DNA from: Piedraia hortae CBS 480.64
Taxonomy: Eukaryota
Assembly (NCBI GenBank): GCA_010093745.1
Contig: MU005957.1
Location: 1-64,000 of the forward strand
Direction of reading: 5' to 3'
DNA length: 64,000 bases
Part shown: one piece after another, positions 37,739 to 49,104 of the stretch
Layout: each line of letters opens with the position of its first letter
Position numbering within the stretch: position 1 is the first letter of the stretch
The notes under the pieces: generated by a model
The model's input: the letters and a program-made list of their open reading frames with translations, nothing else
Told to the model about the DNA's origin: nothing
Databases searched by the model: none
Position numbers and translations under genes: made by a program

Positions 37739-39871
37739 ATGCCGCAAAAGAGCAGCTGGGTGCGCTGGTGGACAACTCGCGTAGTCGCACTCGCCCTGTT
37801 TTCTGCCAGCGCATGTTCATTTGAACTCACAAACGAGACGTCGCCCACGCATCAATTCAAATCGGTGCGTTGGCGCAACGCTACAGATGAGGCGCAAGGC
37901 TGACAGTCGCAGCGACCAGATCTTCATGCCCCCATAATACAATTTGACATTCTCAAACCAGAGCTTGTAACGCCTGGCTACCTCTTCCTAGCGCCCTACC
38001 GAAATCTCGACCCTGGACCATACATCTATGACAATGCGGGCGAGCTTGTGTGGTCGGGCGCAGGCGCCAGCGGTCCCAAAACGGCGCATACACCTCGCGT
38101 ATGCAGGTACCACAGCACAGACCACCTTTGCTTCTTCCAGGGAGAACAGCACCAGGGCTTTGCTCGAGGACATGGAGTCATCATGGACCAGAACTACCGC
38201 ATTGTGCGGACCGTTGAGAGCCTGGGCGCAGGTGCCAGTAGCGATATGCACGAGTTCAAAATTACCCCGTATTCGAACGGCACCACCGCACTCCTGACTG
38301 TTTACCAGCCTCGACAATACGATCTCTCCAAGAACCCGAGGTTCAACGTCCGAGGTGGGATGGGCTGGGTGGTTGAGGGCGTCTTTCAGGAGGTGGATAT
38401 CGATTCGGGCCGCCTCGTCTTTGAATGGCGGTCGCTGGACCACGTTGACCCCGGTCTCAGCTGGACTCTTCCGGGCACAACAGATACCAGTGGTGATGGT
38501 CTCACGGAACAGACTCCTTGGGACTACTTCCACCTGAATTCTATCGACAAAAATGTCGAGGGAGACTACCTTATTTCGGCGCGTCACGTCAGTGCCATTT
38601 ACAAAGTGTCAGGCAAGGACGGGCACATTATGTGGCAGATGGGCGGCAATGCGGCGACACTGAAAACCACAAACTTTGTGTTTTCTTACCAACATCATGC
38701 TCGTTGGATGTCCGAGAATGCAACCCATACCCTCTTGTCATTTTACGACAACGCTAGTAATACGTTCAACTCCAGTGACAAATTCTCCCACGGCTACATC
38801 GTTTCCATAGATCACGGTGCAGGCACAGCCACCATGATCAAGGGCTGGGGTGCGCCTGAACCCGAGGGAGGTCTCTTGTCGGGCTCACAGGGGAATATGC
38901 AGCTTCTCCCAAACGGCGGCTGCCATATAGGCTGGGGGGAGCACGCATACTTTAGTGAACACGCTGCCGATGGGACAACGGTGCAGTACGGCAAGTTGGC
39001 GCAAAGGGAATCCAACGTTATGATCTACCGATCCAACAAGTACAATTGGACCGCCCAGCCCCTTACGAAGCCAGCATTATGGACGTACAGTCGCAGCCAG
39101 CAACGCATGGCTGGGTGGGTGTCGTGGAACGGTGCTACCGAGGTTGCAAGCTGGCGTTTCTACAGAGCAGACACCGCTAACGGCCCTTGGAAACTAACCA
39201 GCGAGCACCCAAAGAATGGTTTCGAGACCGAGGTACAGTGGGAGGACGCAGCCCCCTGGACGTACGTCGTAGCGCTTGATCGTGAGGGAAAAATCCTGGA
39301 AAGCAGCGCTGCAGTCAGGACCTATGTGCCGAGCGAGGCAATGCGCGATAGCTGTGACGACCGTGGGTGCAACACATCTGAAGCGGTGGAAGAAGAGAAG
39401 AAAACGGCCTACGAGGACGGGTTCCAACCAGCACCCCAAGACCTGTCAACTCAGCGAGGATACAATACTGGCCATTACTTCATCGAACTTGTCAACGGAA
39501 CCATGGCAACCTTCCATCCGTCAGCAGCACATACTGGGCTCGATTCCCTCGGCGCACCCGATCCAGCCACGTACGCGCCTCCCAGACGCGTCAGCAGTTG
39601 GAAAGACACCATACCGCTGATCTTTGGCCTCTTAGGCGGCATTGTGGGCTCCATGCTTGGTTGTTTCTTTTACAACCGCGGCCGGCCACGCTTTGAGCCT
39701 TGGGCAGACTCGCTTGGCTCGGATGCATCCAAGCGTCTGGGCAAGTACATATCATTAAGGGAAAAGGATGATAGACTAGAGGCGGGGCGAACAGAAAGGC
39801 TAGGATCTGACGCTGGCGCAAGCTCCAGCGGAAGTCACATCGACATGTGCGATTATCGACACAAGCGGTAA
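37739..39871 (+). CDS. Arylsulfotransferase (ASST)-like protein 1 with signal peptide and C-terminal transmembrane helix
   Basis: Exon 1 37739-37864, intron 37865-37912, exon 2 in frame with ORF 38048. Motifs 'SRPDL', 'DMHEF', 'WDYFHLNSIDK', 'ISARH', 'YQHHAR', 'SQGNMQ.LPNG', 'VSWNGATEV', 'GFET'. TM segment 'IPLIFGLLGGIVGSMLGCFFY'. Confidence 0.9.
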
Positions 39872-40135
39872 GGATACCATTTAATTTGCATTGTACGGTA
39901 ACACGATGGCGTTTGGAGGTCAGGGAAAGGGTGCATAGAGCGGAATTGCGATGCTAGTTTCTATTTCAGCTCGTTCTGTGTCTGTATATACTGTATGTGT
40001 GTGTAAGGGGGTGTGTTTGTGCGCGTGCTTGGCAGTTTGGTTACCGCGCATTAGCCCGTGCGGCAAGTTCCGTCTCCACCTGTTTACAATTGGACGTTGG
40101 CGGCGTCTTCGTATGGACCCTAATCTCAGGAAGGC

Positions 40136-41902
40136 ATGGTGCATGACCGGCGAGATTCCCGCAATCTACGCAATCGCCACGGTTCGCTGGCATCACGGCC
40201 TGGAGATGAGGTCGGAGCCGAACTTCTCCCTACCGTAGAAGACGATGGCAATATGGAGTGCCTCCCGCCTCCCTCATCACCACCACCCCCTCCTCCGTTC
40301 ACAGTGACTCCAACATGGACCAATATGCCCGCTAAGGGGCAGCTGGCTATCCTTTGTCTCTCGCGTTTTGTGGATTTTTTCCAAATGGCAGCCATACAAA
40401 CGTTTATGGTGCACCAGCTTAGGAGCTTTGATCCGGAGCTCTCTGACGTGACCCTCTCGCACCAAGCAGGTGTGTTGCAGGGCGCCTTTACCGCTGCCCA
40501 GATAGTCACCAGCATACTCTGGGGTCGTGCAGCGGATAGGCCTACCGTTGGTCGGAAAACGGTGCTCATGGTTGGTCTTGCAGGGACCGGCCTGGGCTGC
40601 ATCGGAGTGGCATTCAGCAGTACGTTCAGTCAGGCTGTTTTCTGGCGGCTGGTCAGCGGAGCTGTTAATGGCACCGTGGGCGCCGCTCGTACAATGGTAG
40701 CAGAATGCACGCCTAAGCCTTGGCATGCACGAGCATTCCTCTTGCTCCCCGCCGCGTTCAACGTGGCTAATGTCTGTGGTCCCATCCTTGCAGGCCTCCT
40801 TGCTGACCCGGTGGAAAACCTTTCCACTCTATTTGGCCCGAACAGCACCTTTGGCGGCTCTTATGGAGTAAGGTGGATGCGTACATATCCCTATGCCTTG
40901 CCCAATCTTCTCAGTGCAGCTCTCCTTTTCCTTGAAACGGCATTGGTTCACCACGCACTCCGCGAAACTCTTCCTGGGAAAAGGCCTCTTAATCTTTCGC
41001 GTTTATGGAACACATCGCTCCTTCGCAGCAGGATATCCCAGGCAGAGGCAAGTCAGACCTTGTTGTCCGACACAGACCGCAACTCGATAGAACTTTCGTC
41101 TCTCGAGGACGGCCCTGGCACCCCGGTCGCCCAATCCCCAAGGTCTCCAGCTATCAGACCCGCAATCTCACGCCTACCCTTCACTCGCATCTGGACACCC
41201 AATGTGTGCTGGACACTGACCACCATCTCAATCTTTGACTTCCACATGGGCGCCTTTGCAAACCTCTGGATCTTATTCCTCGCCACACCCCGAATCTACG
41301 CTCCAACAGGAAAGGGCCGTGGTCCTTTTAAATTCTCATCCGGCCTTGCATTCCCCCCTCCCACTATCGGGTTTGCGATGGCCATTATAGGCTTCATCGG
41401 AGTAGCCCTCCAGTTCGCTCTCTACCCCCACGCAAACGCAAAATATGGGCTGATGAAGTGCTTCCGCGCATCGCTCTTTCTATTTCCAGTTGCTTATGCA
41501 CTCGCACCTTATATTGCATTATTACCCTCGGCATCCCCGCCGCCTGACCCCGCGAGTGGAGGTGCTGTATGGGCTGGCATTGGACTGGTGTTATTCCTTC
41601 AAGTCGCAGCGCGTACTTTTGCGCTTCCGGCTTCGATTATCCTACTGAACAACTCCTCGCCCCACCCTAGTGTACTTGCTACAGTGCATGGCCTGGGACA
41701 GGCTTGCTCTGCCTCATTCCGTACGCTAGGACCCATACTTGCAGGGTGGTGGTATGGCGTTTGGACAGAGAGAGGTGTAGTTGGCATGGCATGGTGGTTT
41801 GTTGCCATTATATCTGCCATAGGGTCTATCGTTGCTTTCAAAGTCCGCAACGGGACCGGCCACGAGATATTGCTCCCCGGGGAAGTCCGAGGGACGCCTT
41901 AG
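40136..41902 (+). CDS. MFS transporter (YCR023C/ZIFL-like branch)
   Basis: About 12 hydrophobic segments; motif A 'WGRAADRPTVGRK', 'R..SGAVNG.VG..RTMVAE', 'YPYALPNL', 'LATVHGLGQ..S...R..GP'. Confidence 0.92.
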   Translation: MVHDRRDSRNLRNRHGSLASRPGDEVGAELLPTVEDDGNMECLPPPSSPPPPPPFTVTPTWTNMPAKGQLAILCLSRFVDFFQMAAIQTFMVHQLRSFDPELSDVTLSHQAGVLQGAFTAAQIVTSILWGRAADRPTVGRKTVLMVGLAGTGLGCIGVAFSSTFSQAVFWRLVSGAVNGTVGAARTMVAECTPKPWHARAFLLLPAAFNVANVCGPILAGLLADPVENLSTLFGPNSTFGGSYGVRWMRTYPYALPNLLSAALLFLETALVHHALRETLPGKRPLNLSRLWNTSLLRSRISQAEASQTLLSDTDRNSIELSSLEDGPGTPVAQSPRSPAIRPAISRLPFTRIWTPNVCWTLTTISIFDFHMGAFANLWILFLATPRIYAPTGKGRGPFKFSSGLAFPPPTIGFAMAIIGFIGVALQFALYPHANAKYGLMKCFRASLFLFPVAYALAPYIALLPSASPPPDPASGGAVWAGIGLVLFLQVAARTFALPASIILLNNSSPHPSVLATVHGLGQACSASFRTLGPILAGWWYGVWTERGVVGMAWWFVAIISAIGSIVAFKVRNGTGHEILLPGEVRGTP

Positions 41903-42687
41903 ATTAGGGAGCCAGAGAGTCCTCCCGAATACTACGAGCTACGTGTAGAGTACATGTATCATCACATTTATCATCATCACCACCGGTAATGCAGCTTGTA
42001 TGGATAGCGCATGGGTTTATGTAATTCACATCATCTTTAAGAGGTTATACAACTTCGAAGATAGTGCAGTGTCATGTGTGTTGCATGCCTCGTATTGCCC
42101 GGCGGACTTCGGATGCCACTCGTCCCGATCATTGTGGCTACATACCGTGGCTTGAAAGGCACCGTAAACACCTGTCTTACGATATTTGCATGTGACTGGA
42201 CGCGCGTACAAGCAGAACACAAAGAGGGATGACTGACGATGTCCGAAGTCGGCTGGCAGGCATACGTTCTCCTGCGCATGTCCGCATCAGCCGAAAGCGC
42301 ATAGTGCTATCAGATGCGTCACTGATTACGCAAGGTGGGTAGACATGATGTGGCGGGGTGAGGTGGCGGTTTCCATGTGTTTAGCAGATGTCAAACAAAC
42401 GGCCGACTAGCTGGGGCTCGTGATGATTGCAAAGCCACAACCCCGGCTTGGTTTGCAGCCCCGCGCCCGAATCCAGGGGCAGCTTTGTAAGGAAATAAAG
42501 CGGCCGCGCGTCACTGGGCAGGCTGAATGATCGTCCTTGCGGGATCCCGACGAGCCGAACGCCACCAAAAAAAGACAAACATTGACGTGTGTGCACTTTG
42601 CCCGATTTCTGACCTTTGCACCCGCGTTCTGTCTTGAGGTGTCTACCGTTTCGTTGTTCAATGCCACCCCTAATCTGCTAATCACCC

Positions 42688-44577
42688 ATGCTTGCTTCGC
42701 TGCTTGTGTCATGTCTCCTCTCCCTAGCTCTTGCAAACCCTGTCCCCGGGTCTCCCCCTCATTACAACGCTGCTTTCGACAATGGCTCCTACGGGTACTA
42801 TCCTGTTAGATCCTATACAACTGATGATCTAATCTCTCCTCGAACTAATTTCCGACAATGGGATCCCCGATGCGACGACGGTCGCATGTACTTTATATCC
42901 CCGCGGGGGTGGAGCTTAAGTCTTCCCGGTCCCATGATTCTGGACTCACGCGGAGACTTGGTTTGGAGTCACCACTACGAGAACGAGTTTGGCGGCCAGG
43001 CTTACAATTTCATGGTGCAAGAGTACAAAGGAGAGAACTACCTGACATTCTGGCTGGGAGATGATCGAGTCAGAGGCCATGGTTCGGGGTCATATTACAT
43101 GCTCAACGCGTCGTATGATGTTGTGCATCGGGTTTCTGCTGCGAATGGTCTCACAGCTGACTTGCACGAGTTCCTCATCACTCCGGAAGGCACTGCGCTA
43201 ATGACCATGTACGAGATTGTTCCCTATGATGTCACTACTCTTCGAGAGTTCGCGCCGAACGAGGAGGACCCCAATTACATCTGGGACTGCCTCTTTCAAG
43301 AGATCCGGATCGGCACGGGCGAGTTGTTGTTCGAATGGCGGGCTAGTGAGCATGTCGACGTCACCGAGACGTATCACAACATTGGCGAAGGTGGGACAAA
43401 GTCGGATCCCTTTGACTGGTTCCATATCAACAGTGTCGAGAAAGATGCTCTCGGAAACTACCTAATCAGCGCTCGCTATACGCACAACGTCATGTACATT
43501 GACGGCCGCGATGGCCATCTTATCTGGCAGTTGGGCGGCAAGAACAATTACTTCATGGACATGAGCAACGGATATGGGCTCAACTTTGCTTGGCAACATC
43601 ATGCACAATTCGTGTCGCCACAAATCTTTCCAAACATGTACACGCCACCCGCCAAGGAACCAGGCGTGACTACGCAGCTGCTTTCGCTCTTTGATAATGC
43701 TGCCGAAGATAACAACTATGAATACGGTTTGACGTACTCGCGGGGTTTGTTGCTGGAGCTGACCTACCCTGATGATGCAAATTACACTGCCCTTGAAGAT
43801 TTGGCGCAGCAGTCAAGTTCGCAAATCAAAGGCAACTACTCTGATCCAGAGCTTAACATTGCCAAAATCCTAGCCATCAATGGCAGCGATCCGAATTACC
43901 AAGTACGGGTAATCCAGAGCTATGAGAATCCTGAGCGAGTACGTTCTTCGTCGCAAGGCTCCATGCAGCTGATCCCCCGAGACGGCCAGGACGCACAAGT
44001 TTTGGTTGGTTTCGGGCTAAACGCGGTGTGGACCGAATTTCAAGCGGATGGAAATGTACTGTGCGATGCGCATTTTGCAGCAGCAACCTCGTGGGAGAGG
44101 GGTGACGTATCGAGCTACCGTGTCTACAAATTCATATGGAAAGGGAAGCCACAGACGAAGCCACGGATGGAAATTAGCGACGACGAGGCAGAAGTGTACG
44201 TCAGCTGGAATGGGGCAACGGATGTGGCAGAATGGGTATTGCAGAGTGCAGATGCTGCCCCAACGTCGGAACGTTCATGGGCAGATGTCGCGCGTAAGCA
44301 CCGACAAGGCTTTGAAACAACCATTTCAATTCCCCGCGGGGGTGTCAGTCGAGCGCGCTTCCTACGCATGATTGCCCTCGGACGACAGGGCCAGAGACTT
44401 AATTACGGCAGCAGCGAAATAATTGACAGAAAGTCTTCACCGACAGAAGTCATGGGTCAGTTGCACGCACGTATAGAGCCTCTGGGCCCGGTACGGATGT
44501 TGTTCCTACTAGTTGCTATGAGCGGAGGCATCATTGTCGTCTGGAGTTTGTTCAGCATTTGTTGTGATTTGCGTTGA
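42688..44577 (+). CDS. Arylsulfotransferase (ASST)-like protein 2 with signal peptide and C-terminal transmembrane helix
   Basis: Signal 'MLASLLVSCLLSLALA'. Motifs 'GPMILD..G.LVW', 'DLHEF', 'FDWFHINSVEK', 'ISARY', 'WQHHAQ', 'SQGSMQ', 'YVSWNGAT.V', 'GFET'. Hydrophobic C-terminus. Confidence 0.92.
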   Translation: MLASLLVSCLLSLALANPVPGSPPHYNAAFDNGSYGYYPVRSYTTDDLISPRTNFRQWDPRCDDGRMYFISPRGWSLSLPGPMILDSRGDLVWSHHYENEFGGQAYNFMVQEYKGENYLTFWLGDDRVRGHGSGSYYMLNASYDVVHRVSAANGLTADLHEFLITPEGTALMTMYEIVPYDVTTLREFAPNEEDPNYIWDCLFQEIRIGTGELLFEWRASEHVDVTETYHNIGEGGTKSDPFDWFHINSVEKDALGNYLISARYTHNVMYIDGRDGHLIWQLGGKNNYFMDMSNGYGLNFAWQHHAQFVSPQIFPNMYTPPAKEPGVTTQLLSLFDNAAEDNNYEYGLTYSRGLLLELTYPDDANYTALEDLAQQSSSQIKGNYSDPELNIAKILAINGSDPNYQVRVIQSYENPERVRSSSQGSMQLIPRDGQDAQVLVGFGLNAVWTEFQADGNVLCDAHFAAATSWERGDVSSYRVYKFIWKGKPQTKPRMEISDDEAEVYVSWNGATDVAEWVLQSADAAPTSERSWADVARKHRQGFETTISIPRGGVSRARFLRMIALGRQGQRLNYGSSEIIDRKSSPTEVMGQLHARIEPLGPVRMLFLLVAMSGGIIVVWSLFSICCDLR

Positions 44578-45623
44578 AGCGATTCGTTTTCTGTCGACGA
44601 TGGCGGCATTTTGCGATGGAGTTTTGGGCGAGCAAAGGGCATAGCATTCGGGTTCATGTTTTCGATTAGAACTTGCTGCATCGGGGAGGTTTAGACGCTT
44701 CGTGATAAAGAGGTAGATACCCACAGGCAACTGATATTTCGCAAAAGGTGCGCCCCTGCTTCCCAACGATCTTAACGGGCGATGGCGGTGTACACACTCG
44801 CAACTTCTGGAAGGGCAAGCCATATTTGCATCCTCTTAAACTAGGCGAGAGGCATTTTGCTATATTGATCATCTGCTGTCCTCTGTGTTAAATGGCGGAG
44901 AAGCTGGACTTCCTTGATCCGGTACTCCTACCTTTTATCATATGTGATACGCACCGTTATCTCAAACCCAATCACGGCAATGGTACAGTACAATGGCATG
45001 TTGAATTATCAGGCCTGCGGATACTAACTCACTGAACCGAAGAAATCTGTTGGCATGAAGTCTCGTTGCTATTAGTGTACGATACCGCTGCGCAACGCCT
45101 CTTACACCAGCAGCTGCACCTTAGATTTCGTCCTCACCGAGGTTTCCCTCAGGGTCATGTCGCATGCGACATTGTGAATGCGCCCTGCTACTGTTTGAGG
45201 TAAGTCATTGAGTAAGACTGCATGCTGACGGTCTTACTGCATGTATGACCACTTGCTTACGGTCATACAATTGATGACTCCCAATATGAGGCTACGCACT
45301 GGCCTTCAGGCCCAGAGTATATTCTCTGATGTTCCCCTCGTAGGTCCACGTGTATTCACTTGTACACACACCTCTACTCTCCATCTATCGTTCTCACTCG
45401 CACCTACCATCTGATTCCAAATCTTCAAATATTCGAGACGCTGTGGAGACGCTGCTCCCTAGTGATGATAAGGATAACAGTGGGCGTGAGAGATGAGAGT
45501 GTTGTTTGATTCATTCCATTGCTACAGTGCCAGCTCCCATTTCCTACGCATTCCTACTTGGGCATGATGATGTGATAATATCACTGTTGACCTCGACGAA
45601 TATACTGTAGAAGAGATGAGGTT

Positions 45624-45870
45624 TGTCAGGACTCAGGGCCTACGTCATACGGAAGGATCCGGTCCGTCCGCGGCCCGAGTCTAGTGGCCCCACTCTGCGG
45701 CACACACTCAGGCGGCACTGACTCTTCTCTTCTCTTCTTCATGCGTTGTTCTCTGCCTACATAGGATCTAAGTAGTTCTCTCATTCATAGACCATTGCTT
45801 TGAGCCTCTTGCCCCTGTCTCTCATCGATCCCTCGGCCCCGGCCCTCGTCCTTAGCCTTGCGTCGTGACA
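45624..45870. mobile_element. Solo LTR (247 bp) with 5-bp target-site duplication
   Basis: Termini TGTCAGGA...TCGTGACA (TG..CA, inverted repeat 7/8), flanked by AGGTT at 45619-45623 and 45871-45875. Confidence 0.85.
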
Positions 45871-46029
45871 AGGTTGCCCGTCACTTTCACCTTACTGGGA
45901 TAGGTACCCACAGTCGATTAGTTCAATAAAAAAAGAAATTTGGACCCCCACTTCTTAATCCCACACACTCACAGCCACTGAAACGGCAGACCTTTTCTCC
46001 GTCCCTTCAAGCTCAGCGAGAGGCTAAGC

Positions 46030-47353
46030 CTGCAATAATCACCAACAGCATTGGCCAGGAAGCCAGGTTTTCTCGACCTATTACCCCTCATCTCCTACCA
46101 CATGTATTGACCTTTATGGATATCCACACCGTTCAGGCCTTCCAACTGGCCGTCAGCGGCCCTGGAATGTGGCTATATCTCAGCATCAAGCATTACTTCA
46201 GCAAAAGACTCTCTGTGGTGGATTATCTCGACAAAACCTTGGCAACGGCGTACAGCTACTCGAAACAATGTCGAAGTCGTATGTTTATCTTTCGGGGCCC
46301 AGATCCTTGGAGTATTTCGTCCCTGGAAGCAGTTCTGAGGACTCCGATTGGGACTTCTACGTGCCCCACAGCCCGGAGCATAAAGGAGAACTCATTCTGG
46401 CTTTACAAGGGCTTGGGGTCCATTGGCTTGGTCGAAAGGACGAAATTCTGGCGGTAGCCTTGGGCGAGGATGGAGGAACTATGAAGATCGAATATGAGAG
46501 CCTTGTATATCCTCGCAGAAACGGTTCTTTAAATTATATAACCCAGTTGACTGGACTACAATTCACATGGGCAGCCTCCGAGCTTGCTCGGGACTGCAAG
46601 GTGCTACTGTCTGTTGAGAAGATTGGCGACGAATTGTGGGTTAGCAAAAGTGACAGATGCGATTACTACAGCGGTCTCGACCTGTTTTATCTCCTTCGCG
46701 GGAGTCTTACGTATAGGAAGAAGACGATGCCTGTACAACTCATGATTGACAACCGTATTAACAAGGCGACGTACCGCGTACCGCTCAAATTGCACTCGAG
46801 CTGTGTGCAGAGTTTTATCGGCGCGCATTGCGCGTGCTATATGTACGATGAGCTGGCATCACGCTGCGAGTCATACGCATGGGTTGACCATGAGAATAAC
46901 GCCGACACAAAGCTTGAGCGGAGTGGTTTATTGCTAGGTTGGGTTCCAGACCCCGTTCAAAGCATGTATAAGAAACAATGGTACTTGGGGTGGTTCAAAT
47001 ATCGGACTGGTGGATACAAATGTGTCGAAGCGGAGGAAGCAGACAAAAGAGAACCAAGAAATTGTGGAGACGCCGCTTCCACCTGGGTGGAGTATCTAGA
47101 TCCCGTACCCAGTGCACCACAAAGTGTATTTTCTTACTACATCCGTGCAAACCAACAGCTAGCCTGGGATGATGAAAATTTGGTCAGGACAATCCAAACA
47201 AACCTAGACGGGCAGATCGATAAGCCGTTAGGCATACCAGAGTTAGATGAATGGCTCAAGAGGACGGACAGACGCGAAGCGGAGAGGTTACTAGACCACT
47301 ATGTGCCCATACGGCGAAACTTAAGCCCATGGTCGTATAGACAAATACACTAG
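46030..47353 (+). pseudogene. F-box-like + nucleotidyltransferase-like gene, tandem copy 1 (frameshifted)
   Basis: Paralogous to 47667-48994. The start codon is lost and there are 1-nt deletions near 46090 and 46235 relative to copy 2. It retains 'YLSGPRSLEYFVPGS...SDWDFYVP' and 'KYRTGGY'. Confidence 0.7.
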
Positions 47354-47666
47354 CACAAAAAAGTTTTTCCTTGCCCAAAGCAACCGTCATTTGTGGCGGT
47401 TTGTGCTGAAGTGTTCCTTTTCTGCCGGCCATGACGAAATTTTACAGTGGAGTTAGCGGCGAACAGAGGGCATAGCATTCAGCATCGTGAGCTTAATGCA
47501 TCGATGAATTTCGACGCATAGTGGTACAGAATTCGATGCCCAGAATTTCCACAAAAAGGGAAGGTGGGGCCCCACAAAAATTTCAACAGGCTTGGTCCCT
47601 GCAGATTCGCCCACAGCAGGCCTTCTCTCCATTCTTACAAATTTCAGCGAGAGGTACTTTGCCACG

Positions 47667-48994
47667 ATGAATCGTCTTCCACGTTCGCATTGCTCATCGA
47701 CAGGAACACTTAAGAAGCCGGACTTCCCTGATGTGTTACCCCTAGACCTTCTACCACATGTGTTGACTTTTATGGATATCCGGACCGTTCAGGCATTCAA
47801 AACGGCTATCAGTAACCGCGGTCTGCAGCGATACCACGGCATCATGCACTACTTCGACAAGAAAGTATCTGTGGTGGATTACCTGGATAAAAACTTTGGC
47901 AATGGCGTACGGCTTCTAGAAGCGATGTCGAAATCGTATGCTTTTCTTTCGGGTTCAACGATCGCTAGAGTAACTCTGTGCCGGGAAGTATCACAGAAGA
48001 TTCTGATTGGGACTTTTACGTTCCCAATGATCCGGAGCATACCGGAGCATTCATGATGGCTCTACAGAAGCTTGGGGTTTTATGGCGGAGCCATGAAGAG
48101 GAGATTATGGCGGTGGCTAGCGGTGAAGAGGGAGGTAGTATGCAACTTGAATATGATTGTCTCATATATCTTGACAAAAGCGGTTGTCTGGATAGGATAG
48201 CCCAGTGGCCTGGGCTACCCTTCGAATGGGCAGACCACGACCACGGTGTGCACGATGGCAAACCATGGTTGATTGAGAAGATTGACAACATACTGCTGAT
48301 AGACGAGTGTTATTCATACGCTCATTACAGCGAAGTCGACGTGTTTTACGTTATCCGCGGGACGATCACGCGCAGAGGGAGGACGATGCCTGTACATCTC
48401 ATGCGCGACGCTCGCCTTATCGAGGCAATGTTCTACGTACCGCTCAATTTTCACTTGAGTTGCGTTCAAAGTTTCCTAGGCCCGCACTGCGTTTGCCACA
48501 TGTATGGCGCGTTGGCATCACGCCGTGAATCTTACGCCTAGGTCAGCCTTAGAAAAAGACGTGATCCGGCACAGGACGAGATGAGAGGTCACTTGCTGAG
48601 CCGGAACCCAGGCCGCATTCAACTCATCCCGGGTAAAAGATGGTATGGATAATTAAAGTATCACGCCCGCGGATACAAAATTTTCATGCCGAGTATATCA
48701 TACTCAAAAAATGCTACGATGTGGAGACGCCGTTTCCACCTGGGTGGAGTACCCAGATGCCATACCCAATGCGCCACAGTGTATCCTCCTATTACATCCA
48801 GGCGAGTCCGTCTAACGGAATGGGACCGTTTCCCGCAGCCGAAGCATGTACAACGGAACCCACACAGACGATTCAAGAAGTCGGTGGGCACCACAGAGCT
48901 AGAAGAATGATTCAAGGTCTCGGACAATTGCGAAGCAGAGAGGTTTCTAAACCACTACGTGCCAGGCCTCATGTAGTCCATACAGACACACTAG
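47667..48994 (+). pseudogene. F-box-like + nucleotidyltransferase-like gene, tandem copy 2 (frameshifts and stops)
   Basis: 'DVLPLDLLPHVLTFMD' (F-box-like), then 'FLSGS' with extra bases near 47958 and 47973, and 'EDSDWDFYVP'. TAG at 48539 where copy 1 has TGG; homology continues to ~48994. Confidence 0.75.
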
Positions 48995-49061
48995 CACGAA
49001 TGAATCTTTCTCCCGAACAATCGTCACCTGATTAGCCGAACCTCTTCCTAAACCACACAAT

Positions 49062-49098
49062 CACAAACTTCCACAAACTTCCACAAACTTCCACAAAC
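49062..49098 (+). repeat. 10-bp tandem repeat (CACAAACTTC) x3.7 in the 5' leader
   Basis: Direct reading; ends 6 nt before ATG 49105. Confidence 0.9.
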
Positions 49099-49104
49099 CC
49101 AACA

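Noticed and set aside
45455..45590. C/D-box snoRNA suggested by GTGATGA and ATGATGA
   Set aside because: No suitably placed CTGA D box or terminal stem.
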